From a bacterium (GTDB lineage: Bacteria > Hinthialibacterota > Hinthialibacteria > Hinthialibacterales > Hinthialibacteraceae), in contig CAXXSM010000132.1 in the NCBI GenBank assembly GCA_963663405.2, positions 64,001 through 128,000 on the forward strand: DNA of 64,000 bases, in the 5' to 3' direction. The notes under the pieces are model-generated. The model had not been told where the DNA came from and made no database searches. It saw only the letters and a program-made list of their open reading frames with translations. The number at the start of each line of letters is the position of its first letter. Positions within the stretch are counted from its first letter, which is position 1. Made by a program: the position numbers and the translations under genes. This document shows positions 28,782 through 39,887 of this stretch, one piece after another.

Positions 28782-29588
28782 TTATTCACTCCCCTCCAAC
28801 TCTTTTAGTTCCTTCGCAAGCGAAAGGAAAAAGGAGAGATGGTCAAACTGAGGCTGGACCCAGGGGATGATGCGTAATCCGCATAATTCACTATGATCGG
28901 CAGGCAGGATCCCTTTGAATTCTCCCCATTTGGCTGATTTTACCGTCACCATTCCATCATAATCTTCATCGCTGTTGCGAACAAATCGATCGAACACCTT
29001 GCGAAGCCGAATGAGAAGAGTCGGAGCGTTAAAATCGATTTTCCCCGCATAAGAAATATAGCGGACATGGGGATCGTCTACGATCCGGGGATTGAATTCC
29101 TCCCGCAGATATTTTGTTTTCAGTTGATCCATCCCATCCCAGCGATGTTCCGCGATGTTTCCAAGAAACGTTTTCTGTTCTTCTGAGGATATCATCTGCA
29201 TGAGGATACCCGCCCCATTCGAGAACGCCGTTCGGATTGGGAGGGGAATCCGATCCGCCAATATCGCTCCCCGGTGAGGGGTAGAGAGTGTCGTGACCGA
29301 AATGATCCGTTCTCCCTGCGCCAATCCATTGGGAGAGGCGATGTACCGGCAATCCAATCCTCCCATGCTGTGTCCGATTAAATGTACAGGCTCGTTATGC
29401 CCAAATTCCTGTTCGATTGCTTGGAGGAGCCGCTCCGCTCGTTCTTCAATCGATACGATGGGATGAACGAGAGGTTGAATCGCGCGGATTCCTTCTTTCG
29501 CTAATGCGTCAACCACGCCGGGAAACATCTCCCAAACCAGGAATTTCCGGTAGCCGAGGAATCCGTGCGCGAGAACGATTGGCCGCAT
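28782..29588 (-). CDS. Triacylglycerol lipase-like alpha/beta hydrolase
   Basis: PIVLAHG, GHSMGGLD, TPHRG, DGMV...SAKWG, DH. Confidence 0.88.
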   Translation of the reverse strand: MRPIVLAHGFLGYRKFLVWEMFPGVVDALAKEGIRAIQPLVHPIVSIEERAERLLQAIEQEFGHNEPVHLIGHSMGGLDCRYIASPNGLAQGERIISVTTLSTPHRGAILADRIPLPIRTAFSNGAGILMQMISSEEQKTFLGNIAEHRWDGMDQLKTKYLREEFNPRIVDDPHVRYISYAGKIDFNAPTLLIRLRKVFDRFVRNSDEDYDGMVTVKSAKWGEFKGILPADHSELCGLRIIPWVQPQFDHLSFFLSLAKELKELEGSE

Positions 29589-29649
29589 AGTTTTGAATGA
29601 TTTTATTATTCGCCACTTTGAAAAGGAAAATCTTGAGAGTCTACTTTGG

Positions 29650-30222
29650 TTACCGGACTTGGAATCGAGCCATCGCCCAATTCGCGCGGTCGTATTCACT
29701 GCCGTCTCCCGCGTCCGATACTTTCAAAACCAATGTGCGGCGTCCTTCGACAGGCACATGAACGAGCCGGGGCGCCATACCAGAACGAAGCACCGGGCTT
29801 TCATACAACAACGCGCCATCAGATAGCACGGAGAAAATCGCGGACGCTGCGTTTTTCTCTTCCACTTCAGCGTCAATGCCAATCTCGGCCGTGAAATGCG
29901 TATAGCCGTCGGGGATAATCCGGAGAAAAATCTCCGAATTCGCGTTCACACTAAGCCCCTTTGGATAGTAGGTCGTATGAATTTGCAGCGTTCTTCCATT
30001 GACGGAGGTATCGTCCTTTGGTTCGTACCGGTCGCTTTGAATAACCTCATAATCAAGATCACTGAAATAGATATCGTCTGGAATGTACGCGTTGTAAACG
30101 AGAACGGCGCCAAGCGCTACAAGGAAAATCACAGTGGAAATCCGGCCGGCCGTCCATTCGTTTTGGGTTGTACATGGATCTTCGATGAGGGTATTTTGAG
30201 GATTTTGTATAGTATTATTCAC
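29650..30222 (-). CDS. Membrane-anchored NPCBM/NEW2 carbohydrate-binding protein
   Basis: TM segment; KGL.V.A.SE, F.AEIGID, DAGDG..YD.ANWA.AR. Confidence 0.85.
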   Translation of the reverse strand: MNNTIQNPQNTLIEDPCTTQNEWTAGRISTVIFLVALGAVLVYNAYIPDDIYFSDLDYEVIQSDRYEPKDDTSVNGRTLQIHTTYYPKGLSVNANSEIFLRIIPDGYTHFTAEIGIDAEVEEKNAASAIFSVLSDGALLYESPVLRSGMAPRLVHVPVEGRRTLVLKVSDAGDGSEYDRANWAMARFQVR

Positions 30223-30231
30223 GATAACGTA

Positions 30232-30864
30232 TTATTGTTTTTGTTGTGTTTTCTCTTGTTGCTCAGTTTCAACCAAACTTTTTACAATGGATAAGAACTC
30301 GCCCATGTCCATTTTGTTCGACCGCAAACGGGATATTCCCTTGGCTTGGACTCCATTTGAGTCCAGCGTCGCGATCGTAGTGGACATCCCTTCAAAAAGT
30401 GTCAGAGCGGGCATGCCATTGGTGACATACTTGGTGTTTGTTTCGGTGTTTTCTTGAATTTGGAATTTCCCTTGGTTAATACCCACCGCGCTGTTAAAAC
30501 CGAGCCGGCTTTTTCCATACAAAAATAAAATCAATGTTTCACCCACTTTATATTGCGAGGTGGGAACATGGACCGTCTTGACTCCATCTGTGCCGCCGTA
30601 TTGTTTTAGAACGTATTCGTCCCCGATGGCGCCTTTATACACATCATGAATCTGAAACGTATACCACGTCGCCATTAATCCAGATTCCGGATCGATCCCG
30701 GATTTCACCGCAGTACATTCCCCCATGAAAATCACATGCGCGCTTTTCGTGATTTGTTGTAGATTGAGCGGCCTGATTTTATCCGCCCATGTGTCACTTG
30801 AGCAAAAAGACGCTATTGTGAATACAACAGTGACTGCTATGCGATATTGGGTGTTCTGTTTCAT
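30232..30864 (-). CDS. Secreted hypothetical protein
   Basis: Signal peptide; LQQIT.SAHVIF.G...GG...GE..ILFL...VG..QGKF. Confidence 0.75.
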   Translation of the reverse strand: MKQNTQYRIAVTVVFTIASFCSSDTWADKIRPLNLQQITKSAHVIFMGECTAVKSGIDPESGLMATWYTFQIHDVYKGAIGDEYVLKQYGGTDGVKTVHVPTSQYKVGETLILFLYGKSRLGFNSAVGINQGKFQIQENTETNTKYVTNGMPALTLFEGMSTTIATLDSNGVQAKGISRLRSNKMDMGEFLSIVKSLVETEQQEKTQQKQ

Positions 30865-31388
30865 TTTCTGTCCTTCGGTGATCCGTTTTTCGCTGGGGGA
30901 TCACCGTTTCTTTTATATGAATGAGTTCCAAAAGCTTTCTCGTTTGAATTCGCTCCCGCAACTCATTTTCATTTGCACGTTGTGATCTCAAATCATGATG
31001 GTTTATATGACAAATCAAATTCCTTCACCATTATATCATAAGATGATGATATTGCAGAACGAAATGGGAAAAAACGGAAATAGGATTGATCATTCTGTAA
31101 TAGGACCTTGAACGAAGTGTAATGTGAATAGTCTCTCCAAAGATCGCCTTATGTGAACCTGGCCGCCACGGTGTTTTTTGAGCCCGATTGTGACTTCTTT
31201 TCTTTGAATCTGGTATTTTGAACCATTTCTGCTATTATAATAAGTTCTGCGCGATCCAGTAAAAATCTATGAATCGGCTCTCATTCCTTTTAACGAATCA
31301 CATAGAACAGTAATAAAAGAAGCAGCGGAATGGGACCAATTCTGAACGATTCCCATACGCATTCTCTTATTACGATAGGACTGTCCGA

Positions 31389-33929
31389 ATGGTTACTCTC
31401 AATGAAATAAACGAGTTGCGGTCAAAAGAACAGTGGGATGAGATTCTCTCTCTCGGCCGCGAACATTTGCAAAACGACTCCTCCTCCGCGTTCGTTCTTC
31501 GCGCCATTACCCAAGCGTTGGAACACAAAGATCAAAAAGATGATGAATATGAAGGTTCGCTTCTACGGTTGTTGGAGCTGAACGACCGGGTGGTTGAAAC
31601 CGCCCAAAAACTCGGTCATTACTATCGGGAAAAAGGGGAGAACGAAGAAGCCGTCCGCCACTTGCAGATCGCTCTCGAAGCCGCCGCCGCCGACCGGCAA
31701 TACGAATCGCTGGAAGCGCTCTGGCTTGAACTTTCCGAACTCGCCCCCAATGATCTCCACTTCTATTTAGACATCGCCGGACGCCTTGCGGGCATCAAGC
31801 AGAAACAACGGGCGGCGGTTTTGCTTCAAATGCTACTTCCAAGTTGTGAAGAACGCGGTGATTGGGAAGGTCAATATCAACTGCTCAAACAGATTCTTGA
31901 ATATACCCCCAAGGATAACACCTTGCGGGAATTGATTGTCAACGCTCTCCGGAAAATCTACGCCGATTCTTCTCATTGCGATCTCGTTCTCGCCCACACC
32001 GGGATTCAGAGAGACCGTCCTTTGGGTGAGGCGCTGGAGGAAACGGAACTCCTGATGGATTTCCTGCCCGATTCGTTTGTTCGTCATCCGGATTGGGGCA
32101 TTGGCCGGGTGAAAGACCTCGATATGACCGATAAAAAGGTCCTGATCAATTTCCAGCGCAAGCGGAACAATCTCATGGACCTGAAACTGGCGGTGAATGT
32201 CGTCGATCGTTTAGCCAAGGATGACTTCCGGGTCTTGAGTGTGATCGATTTGGACAAATTGCAAAATTTGACAAATGAGAATCCTGTTGAACTGATCAAA
32301 ATCCTCCTGCGGAGTTTTTCCAATTCCCTCTCTGCCAAGGAAATCAAGGAACAACTGGTTCCCAATGTGATCCCGATGAGAAAATGGACCTCCTGGTGGT
32401 CCGCGGCCAATTCAGAACTGCGCAAGGATCCTTATATCGCGATCGAAGGGGGATCGGGAAAACGCTATACGATCCGTCAACAGGCTGCCAGCACGGAAGA
32501 GGAACTCCTCAAAAAATTCGATGAAACCAAAGTTCCTCACGCCAAGGTAGATCGGATCTACGAATATCTTCGCAGCACAAAGAAAGATGACATTCAAGCC
32601 TCGGTAATCAAACACTTTTCCAATAAGATCCACGCCATCATCCCCCGCCGCCGCAGCCAGTCCGAACGAGTGGAACTCTGGTTCACTAATGAAGACTTGA
32701 AAGACATTGTGGAGGGGATTCAATCTGTTAAAACAGAAATCCTGGATGAATCGGTCAAGGATATGAAACGGGCGATCCGTATTCTCCAACGTCTCCGCTT
32801 CAAACCCCACCAGCTTCGATTCATCAAACACTTCCAGCAAGTCTATCCGGATCACTGGATCGGCACGTTCTGTGATTTACTCTTGGAACCAAACGTTCTT
32901 ATCCGGGATGAACTGATCAAGGAACTCGTCAGCGCGGACGCCAATGAGAAAATCGCGGGAGTTGTTGATACCGTCCTGAATGATTTCCGCCAGTATCCAT
33001 TTACCTTCATATGGATGGCTGCGAGATCGTTCGCGGGTAAATTTACCTGGCTGGAAGGAAAAATAGAGAATTACACGTTGATCGACCGCCTTCTCCTTTT
33101 GGTGGATAACCTGACGAACCAGGCCAAACGGCGTGAGAAAGATGAAGCGCTCTGGCTCCGTAAAGTCGCGGGAGACGCTCGCGAGATTATCCGCCGCAAT
33201 CATTATTCGCTCTTCAAAGAGAACATCATTGACGCGCCGGACGCGGTCGCCCAATCGATCTATCGCCGCGCGCAGACCAATGAAGGCATTGATTCCCGCA
33301 CGTCATCGGATCTTACCACCATTGTTCGGGCGCGGTATCCGGATCTGTTCGAAACGCACGTAGAAGAAGAAGACATCATTCCGGAAGGTTTGCTCTGCTT
33401 GAAGGCGTCACTCACGGTGAAGAAAACGCTCCTTAGACGTCTCATTGAACATGATCTGCCGGAAGTGGTCCAAGAAATCGAAATCGCCCGTCAGCATGGT
33501 GACTTGAAGGAAAACGCGGAATATCACGCCGCGAAAGACAAACAAAAACTCCTCGCCGCCCAAACGGGAGAATTACAGGAAGCGCTGCAAATCGCGAGAG
33601 TAGTCGAAATGGACGATGTAGACGCCAGCATCGTAGGATTTGGAACTCACTTCCATGTCTCACCACTTGGCGCCGAATCCCACGAAGATTATATCATGCT
33701 GGGCCCTTGGGAATCCGATCCCGAAAAGGGAGTTCTTTCCTACCAAGCCCCCTTCGCCCAAGCCTTCATGGGAAAAACACCCGGTGACAAAGTGGAAGTC
33801 GAACTCCCCCTTCACACAGGCCGCTATGAGATTATCTCCATCGAATCCATCCCACAAGAACGCCTAAGCAATATTATCAAAACCATCGAAGAACCTTTTG
33901 CATCCCTAGAACCAGTCACAGATGAATGA
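31389..33929 (+). CDS. greA: Long GreA/GreB elongation factor with TPR-like N-terminal extension
   Basis: C-terminal ARQHGDLKENAEYHAAK, GPWESDP...SYQAP; HPDWGIG. Confidence 0.88.
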   Translation: MVTLNEINELRSKEQWDEILSLGREHLQNDSSSAFVLRAITQALEHKDQKDDEYEGSLLRLLELNDRVVETAQKLGHYYREKGENEEAVRHLQIALEAAAADRQYESLEALWLELSELAPNDLHFYLDIAGRLAGIKQKQRAAVLLQMLLPSCEERGDWEGQYQLLKQILEYTPKDNTLRELIVNALRKIYADSSHCDLVLAHTGIQRDRPLGEALEETELLMDFLPDSFVRHPDWGIGRVKDLDMTDKKVLINFQRKRNNLMDLKLAVNVVDRLAKDDFRVLSVIDLDKLQNLTNENPVELIKILLRSFSNSLSAKEIKEQLVPNVIPMRKWTSWWSAANSELRKDPYIAIEGGSGKRYTIRQQAASTEEELLKKFDETKVPHAKVDRIYEYLRSTKKDDIQASVIKHFSNKIHAIIPRRRSQSERVELWFTNEDLKDIVEGIQSVKTEILDESVKDMKRAIRILQRLRFKPHQLRFIKHFQQVYPDHWIGTFCDLLLEPNVLIRDELIKELVSADANEKIAGVVDTVLNDFRQYPFTFIWMAARSFAGKFTWLEGKIENYTLIDRLLLLVDNLTNQAKRREKDEALWLRKVAGDAREIIRRNHYSLFKENIIDAPDAVAQSIYRRAQTNEGIDSRTSSDLTTIVRARYPDLFETHVEEEDIIPEGLLCLKASLTVKKTLLRRLIEHDLPEVVQEIEIARQHGDLKENAEYHAAKDKQKLLAAQTGELQEALQIARVVEMDDVDASIVGFGTHFHVSPLGAESHEDYIMLGPWESDPEKGVLSYQAPFAQAFMGKTPGDKVEVELPLHTGRYEIISIESIPQERLSNIIKTIEEPFASLEPVTDE

Positions 33930-34078
33930 TGTTTAAGCCATTGTAATTCAAGTATTTTTGAAGGGCGAATGGGGATGACGGCAATTACAATTACAAATCC
34001 GATACGTTTTAATGATATCATTCTCAGTGATCGTACTCACCTTTCTTTGTTGATGTAATATTGTTGATGCTTTAAAGA

Positions 34079-34975
34079 ATGGAGCATATCATGAATAATA
34101 TGTCTCTTATTATGTTTTTGAGTATTTTTGTTATCTTTTCATTAAGCATTGCTTCCGCTCAAGATGGGGAATTCGATATCCAAGAAAATCTTCGGATCTA
34201 TGTCGAAACCATGACTCCTGAGCTGTGGCAGTGGCCCGATCGCGTGATAATGATGGAAAAGAAAGGAATAAATATCAATAAATTTTCATACGCTATTCTT
34301 AATGATCTAGAGTATTCTGAATATTGGAACGATGCATTATTCTTAAATGCTGGGAATTACTATCTTCATAAAAAGAATGAATACAATCAGTTATTTTTTG
34401 AAATGTGTGATTTTCTCCAAAGAGAAGAACGTGTGACGAGTTATCCTGTTTTGAATGCTAAGGTATCTGCATTGAATATTATTAAATCGCTTCTTGGCCC
34501 TAAATCTTTTGATGACTCCAAGTATAAGTCCAAAGTTTTAGATACTCTATCTATTATTTTTAAAGATGGGAATCCGGTTGTCCCCACATATTGGATCAAT
34601 AAGTTCAATTTATCCTCTTTGGCAGATTCGCCGAAAGAGGATTTAGATGAATCTCAAATCAATTTATTACATATACCGGTTACAGCTTCAAGGATGTGTA
34701 TGAAGTTATTTTGGAGGCTATCCATTCTCACCGGGGATCCTAAATATTTTGAATCCTGTGAATCTGTATATAACTCTGATAATCCTCATCCTCAATTACT
34801 CGGTACGTTGGAATTTCTAAAAAGCGACACATGTAAATCTTCATGGAATTCTGGACGTTATGATCTGTTTACTTTCTATGAATCAAGATACTCGAACAAG
34901 AACCAATCGGAGCAAATTCCCATCACTCCCGTTGATCCTATGTCGATCAGAGAAGTTATGAAAAATAAAAAGTAA
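34079..34975 (+). CDS. Secreted hypothetical protein, AT-rich
   Basis: 298-aa ORF; signal peptide ending ASA. Confidence 0.7.
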   Translation: MEHIMNNMSLIMFLSIFVIFSLSIASAQDGEFDIQENLRIYVETMTPELWQWPDRVIMMEKKGININKFSYAILNDLEYSEYWNDALFLNAGNYYLHKKNEYNQLFFEMCDFLQREERVTSYPVLNAKVSALNIIKSLLGPKSFDDSKYKSKVLDTLSIIFKDGNPVVPTYWINKFNLSSLADSPKEDLDESQINLLHIPVTASRMCMKLFWRLSILTGDPKYFESCESVYNSDNPHPQLLGTLEFLKSDTCKSSWNSGRYDLFTFYESRYSNKNQSEQIPITPVDPMSIREVMKNKK

Positions 34976-35018
34976 ATATTGAATTAATCGTGCAGTTAAC
35001 ATTATTCTTGGATCGATT

Positions 35019-35753
35019 ATGACAGAGAAAACCAATAGACAATCCCCGCCACGTCCTTGGATTTTTATGGACGCGGGGGATACGTTCATCTATGGCTATC
35101 CAACCTTCTACCAGGCGCTTCAAGACCGTTGGATCGCCGAAAACAGCCATATTGAAATCGAAACCATAAAACAAACCGTCTCTGAGTTTATGAAGGAGAC
35201 GCCGCCTAGAGACCTGAACACCAATGCGCTATTTGATCAGTATTTTAAAACCCTTTACCGGAGTATTTTCAAAACCCTTTCATTTCCGGGGGATATTGAA
35301 AAATCCATCAAAGTATTGGGGGAAGAATGGCTGGAGGGAAAGCGCCTGCGCCTTCTGGACGATGCGCTTTCTTCGCTGAATCGTTTACGCGGCGCAGGCT
35401 TGAAACTGGGGGTGATTTCGAATTGGGATGAGACGCTTGATTCCGTCCTGCGGCGGCTGGAGGTCATCGATCTGTTTGAAATCACGATCGCATCGTGTCA
35501 GGTGGGCCGTTCAAAACCCGATCCGGAGATCTTCAAAATCGCCTTTGAACGCGCGAATACAACGGCGGACAAATGCTGGTATCTCGGCGATCAAATCGAG
35601 ACCGACATCCACCCCGCTAAAGCGTTGGGAATGAAGACGATTTACGTGGACTATTACGGCAAAGGCGGTGGAGATGGCGAAGCCGATTTTACGGCAAACA
35701 GTTTCAGCGTCGCGGCGGAATTTATTCTTGCCCGGCATAATATCCATAAATAA
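35019..35753 (+). CDS. HAD-family hydrolase
   Basis: DAGDT, ISNWD, KPDP.IF, GDQ..TD. Confidence 0.9.
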   Translation: MTEKTNRQSPPRPWIFMDAGDTFIYGYPTFYQALQDRWIAENSHIEIETIKQTVSEFMKETPPRDLNTNALFDQYFKTLYRSIFKTLSFPGDIEKSIKVLGEEWLEGKRLRLLDDALSSLNRLRGAGLKLGVISNWDETLDSVLRRLEVIDLFEITIASCQVGRSKPDPEIFKIAFERANTTADKCWYLGDQIETDIHPAKALGMKTIYVDYYGKGGGDGEADFTANSFSVAAEFILARHNIHK

Positions 35754-35826
35754 CCCTCATACCTTTTATCCGATACCGCGAATTCTTTAACTGATTTTCC
35801 GCAGATACGTCAATTAATCTCCTCAA

Positions 35827-36909
35827 TTATAGATTGCGGCGTTCAATAGTCGCCATGCGTTGGTGTTTCGTCTTTTCTTTAATGGGCGCGGATTCGTCTT
35901 GAGCTGGAGTGGAGGAAGATTTTAAAGGTTTAATCGTTTCTTCTTTGACGGTTTCTCCAATGATCTCTTGGATCTGGGTTAAAACCATTTCTGTTTCTTT
36001 TTCTTTTTGCCTTACTATGGCCTGTTCCATTTGAACTGCGTTTAATTCCTTCTGATTCTTTTCCATTTGTTGTGCGCAGGCAATCAGTTTTTTTTGGTAT
36101 TCCTCCTTGTTGATCTCGTCTTTCTGTGTGAGAATCTGCTTCAAATTTTCCGCTGCTTTCCGAAGGTTCCTTTGTTCTTCCCGTAAAATACTTTCCCGTT
36201 GCGCGATCAAATGAAGGCGCCAATTCAAAACGATTCTCTTCTGGTTTTCCAATTTCAACCGGAGCCGATTGCCTGCGGCGATATCCGTTGAGAGGCCGCG
36301 GCTTAAGACAAGATAACGTTTTTTCGACCGGGTGAGTTCGATTGCTAACTGGGTCGCTTCATCGGTTCGCCCTTCTTTTTGCAGATTCAACAGCTCGGCC
36401 ATTTTCTGCTCGAATTCTTGGATGAAAGGCGTTTTATCACGTGTTTCTTGAATCCGTTCTTCTCGAATTCGAAGTTCTTTGAGAAGATTGCTGACTTGAT
36501 GAGAAACGCGGTCTAACTGCGCTTTGGCGCGGTTGATTTCTCCTTCGGGAATTTGATACTTGCTTTTATAGCGTTTCAATGTGCTGAACGCCAACACTAC
36601 AAGTACTTTCAGTTCCTTGCCCAGAATTTTTGGATGATTTTTAAGCGAACTGCGAACGCTGCTTTTGATGGTTTCCTTTTGAGTGTTGACCTTCCGGTGC
36701 AGAACCGCTTCAGCCTGCAAAACGTCCAACCAGTGGATTGCGCCGTCTTCCACGACGGGTGTCAGCTCGTGGGGAGAATATTCTGCGCCCTTGAATGTCT
36801 TTGCCACAACCGACTCTAGGAAATCTCCAAATTGTTCAATTGATAATTTCTCGGATTGGGGAACGAAGATATTCTGAAAAGAAATCGTATACTCTTCCTG
36901 GCCCGCCAT
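35827..36909 (-). CDS. Coiled-coil hypothetical protein (paralog A)
   Basis: Long charged helical ORF; shares a block with the next gene. Confidence 0.7.
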   Translation of the reverse strand: MAGQEEYTISFQNIFVPQSEKLSIEQFGDFLESVVAKTFKGAEYSPHELTPVVEDGAIHWLDVLQAEAVLHRKVNTQKETIKSSVRSSLKNHPKILGKELKVLVVLAFSTLKRYKSKYQIPEGEINRAKAQLDRVSHQVSNLLKELRIREERIQETRDKTPFIQEFEQKMAELLNLQKEGRTDEATQLAIELTRSKKRYLVLSRGLSTDIAAGNRLRLKLENQKRIVLNWRLHLIAQRESILREEQRNLRKAAENLKQILTQKDEINKEEYQKKLIACAQQMEKNQKELNAVQMEQAIVRQKEKETEMVLTQIQEIIGETVKEETIKPLKSSSTPAQDESAPIKEKTKHQRMATIERRNL

Positions 36910-37069
36910 TATTTTTGTTACTCCCAATGAATCGGTTGGTGGATCGGAAAAACGAAACACTCTATGATGAAAACTTCTTCTGGACCGGTGAAATTATGTC
37001 TCGTGGAAAATGAGCGCAATCCTAATTCCATCTGCTTTACCCATCCCATTGACTCCCACAAATCCGCAA

Positions 37070-38185
37070 TCACCGGCGATGTTTGCCAAAGTGCATTCCC
37101 TGCGAACGACTCTCTTTTTCCGGAACGTTGGGTGTGGATTCTTGGATCTTGGGCCGTTGACTTTTTTTGACGGATTCTTTGATATCGTCTTTCATGTCAA
37201 CTTCTTGCAAGACGGTTTCCGAAATCGTCGAAATGACGGATTGCACTTCCCGCTCCTGCCGCTCCAGTATTTGTGTTTCCTGATCTAACGCGCCCAATTC
37301 CGTGCTCTTTTTATCGATCTCCTCTTTCTTCGTTTTCAGATCGTAGATCTGCATCCGATAGATTTCCTCTTTCGCTAAATCCTTTCCTTCTTTTTCCGCT
37401 TCTATGAGTTTCTCTTTGATTTCTTTTAGATTGTTCTCGATCGAAGAAATTTCCAATGCCAAGGAATCCCGCCGGGAGGAACAGATTTCATTCTGCGTGC
37501 TGAGTATCCGCTTTTTCGTTTTCTGTAAACCAAGCCGGTGGTAATAAATCGTCCGGACATCCGGTTCGAGCGCGCGGGATAGCAAGATATATCGTTTTTT
37601 GTTTTTCGCCAATTCTCTAGCGAGCGCGCCGGCCCGCGCCATATTCCCGGCGGCTTTTTCATTTAAAAATTCCCCCATTAATTCTTCGTATTCCGACAAC
37701 ATGGGGACACGGCTCCGTTTTTCGTTTAGCAACAACTCGCTTTCCCTTGTATCAGTGATGCCAGCCTTGATCTCACTTTGCCGCCGTATCAAAGTGGGTT
37801 CAATTCGTTGGGCATCCTGGGGACTGATGGTGTTTTCTTTTTTGTACTGCCCTAAAGTGTAGTGCGCCAACGCCAACAGGATTTCCAATTCCTGCCGGAG
37901 ATATTTCAACTCCCCCCGCAACGCCCGTTCGATATCCTGCCTGAGATCGTGTTCCCCTTTCATGTACTCCGTCGCTTGTTTTTGCGTCATCCAACAAATC
38001 GCGCCGTTATGCGCGATCCGCACAAGTTCGTTTGGATTCGACTGGGCTTTTCCCGATGCGATTGTCACCGCCTTCTGCAGGAACGCTTCCACCCGCTCCA
38101 GTGAAATGGAGTTTTGATCGGCGCCAAACAGTTGGTCAAACGATATGTTTGTCAATGCGCTTAAACTCAATTCCACATCCTCCAT
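37070..38185 (-). CDS. Coiled-coil hypothetical protein (paralog B)
   Basis: Long charged helical ORF; start uncertain. Confidence 0.7.
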   Translation of the reverse strand: MEDVELSLSALTNISFDQLFGADQNSISLERVEAFLQKAVTIASGKAQSNPNELVRIAHNGAICWMTQKQATEYMKGEHDLRQDIERALRGELKYLRQELEILLALAHYTLGQYKKENTISPQDAQRIEPTLIRRQSEIKAGITDTRESELLLNEKRSRVPMLSEYEELMGEFLNEKAAGNMARAGALARELAKNKKRYILLSRALEPDVRTIYYHRLGLQKTKKRILSTQNEICSSRRDSLALEISSIENNLKEIKEKLIEAEKEGKDLAKEEIYRMQIYDLKTKKEEIDKKSTELGALDQETQILERQEREVQSVISTISETVLQEVDMKDDIKESVKKSQRPKIQESTPNVPEKESRSQGMHFGKHRR

Positions 38186-38474
38186 ACCCGGCTCAATACA
38201 AGTTACAATGGATAATATATAACATTTTAATGTAAAAATATAGATAGATAAAAACATTATGTAAATTAAAATCGTTAATAGAAATATCAAATGTCTTTGA
38301 GAACAAAAACGCATGAATGAATTAAAGAACGAGTATTCTCCACCGTGATCCAGTATATAATCGAGCGGATTCGCGGTATCGATATGTACATTTTGATAGG
38401 ATCAGATGTACAATAATAAAAGTGTAATTGGCGATTCCCATTTGAGATGAGGATAAAGAGTCTGAATTGCGATT

Positions 38475-39239
38475 ATGATCCGAATAGAAAATCTGACAAA
38501 ATATTATGGAAAAGTACGCGCCGTTCACGATCTGTCTTTGGAGATCGAAAGAGGCGAGTTCTTTGGATTTCTAGGACCCAACGGGGCTGGAAAAACAACG
38601 ACGATTAAAATCATTGTCGGACTGCTGCGGGCGACGTCTGGAAATGTAATACTATCCGGGGGAGACCACGAAGAATATGATATCGAACGGGACGCGGAAA
38701 AGGCCAAAGCCATCACTGGATATATCCCTGACAGTCCCTACCTTTATGATAAACTGACGGGCTATGAATACATCCATTTCGTCGGTGGCCTTTATGGTGT
38801 GCCTGAAAAGAAAGTGGACGAACATATCCAACAGTATTTCTCCTTATTTGGTTTGTTGGACGCCGCGCATTATTTAATTGAATCCTATTCTCATGGCATG
38901 CGCCAAAAAGTGGTGATGACCGGCGCCTTGGTTCATGATCCCAAAGTATTGGTGGTGGATGAACCCATGGTGGGCTTGGATCCGCGCAGCAGCCGGCTCG
39001 TTAAAGACCTGCTGAAACAGAAAAGCAAGGAAGGGATGACCATTTTTCTTTCCACCCACACTCTGGACGTGGCGGAAGAATTATGTGACCGCATCGGGAT
39101 CATCCACAAAAGTCAACTGATCGCGCTTGGGACCATTGAAGAATTGCAGCGGCAGGCGAAAGAAGCCTCCTCCGGCTTGCGCTTGGAATCGGTTTTTCTT
39201 AAACTAACGGAAGAAAATAACGAAAGTACGATCGAATAA
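38475..39239 (+). CDS. ABC transporter ATP-binding protein
   Basis: GPNGAGKTT, YSHGMRQK, VVDEP, STH. Confidence 0.95.
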   Translation: MIRIENLTKYYGKVRAVHDLSLEIERGEFFGFLGPNGAGKTTTIKIIVGLLRATSGNVILSGGDHEEYDIERDAEKAKAITGYIPDSPYLYDKLTGYEYIHFVGGLYGVPEKKVDEHIQQYFSLFGLLDAAHYLIESYSHGMRQKVVMTGALVHDPKVLVVDEPMVGLDPRSSRLVKDLLKQKSKEGMTIFLSTHTLDVAEELCDRIGIIHKSQLIALGTIEELQRQAKEASSGLRLESVFLKLTEENNESTIE

Positions 39240-39243
39240 GTTT

Positions 39244-39777
39244 ATGGATGCGGCTCAATCTCCTCAACAAACGGCGGTTCGTCAATTTACGGCTTCCCGT
39301 TTCGGCGCCATTGAGATTAAGGAAACGGAAATCATCAAGTTTCCCGAAGGGCTCCTTGGATTCAATCACCTGCATGAGTACGTCTTGTTGAAAGATCCCA
39401 AGCAGGAGCCATTCCTCTGGCTGCAATCCCTTGAAGATCCCAATCTCGCTTTTGTCGTGGTCTCTCCGTTTCTGTTTTTTCCCGGCTATGAAATTAATGT
39501 TAAAGCCCACGAACTCACTGTGATACAACTCGAGGATATCACCAAAGCGGAAATATTGACAATCATCACGATTCCCTCCGATCCCAAGAACCTGACGGCC
39601 AACTTGCGCGGGCCCCTTGTCATCAACAGTGAAATGAAATTGGCGAAACAACTGGTTTTGATCGACGAACGCTATAACACAAGACATTTCTTGTTGAAAG
39701 AAATCCCTCCCTATCTAGCGGCGCCAGGGGGACGGGACGTGAATAAAAAAAACGAAACCGCAGACGCGGATGAATAA
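39244..39777 (+). CDS. fliW: Flagellar assembly factor FliW
   Basis: [32 protein letters not shown]. Confidence 0.92.
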   Translation: MDAAQSPQQTAVRQFTASRFGAIEIKETEIIKFPEGLLGFNHLHEYVLLKDPKQEPFLWLQSLEDPNLAFVVVSPFLFFPGYEINVKAHELTVIQLEDITKAEILTIITIPSDPKNLTANLRGPLVINSEMKLAKQLVLIDERYNTRHFLLKEIPPYLAAPGGRDVNKKNETADADE

Positions 39778-39887
39778 ATGAAAGTGGCTGGAATGCGAAT
39801 GAACCATGTGTGTATAAACCCTCCTTCCCCGGATCAGCCGGTTGGATGCGGCGGGAATGCGTTGGATATAAGATGGGGGGCGCATGG

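Noticed and set aside
31389-33929. 846-aa GreA as a novel fusion
   Set aside because: N-terminally extended GreA is already known from Chlamydiae and spirochaetes.
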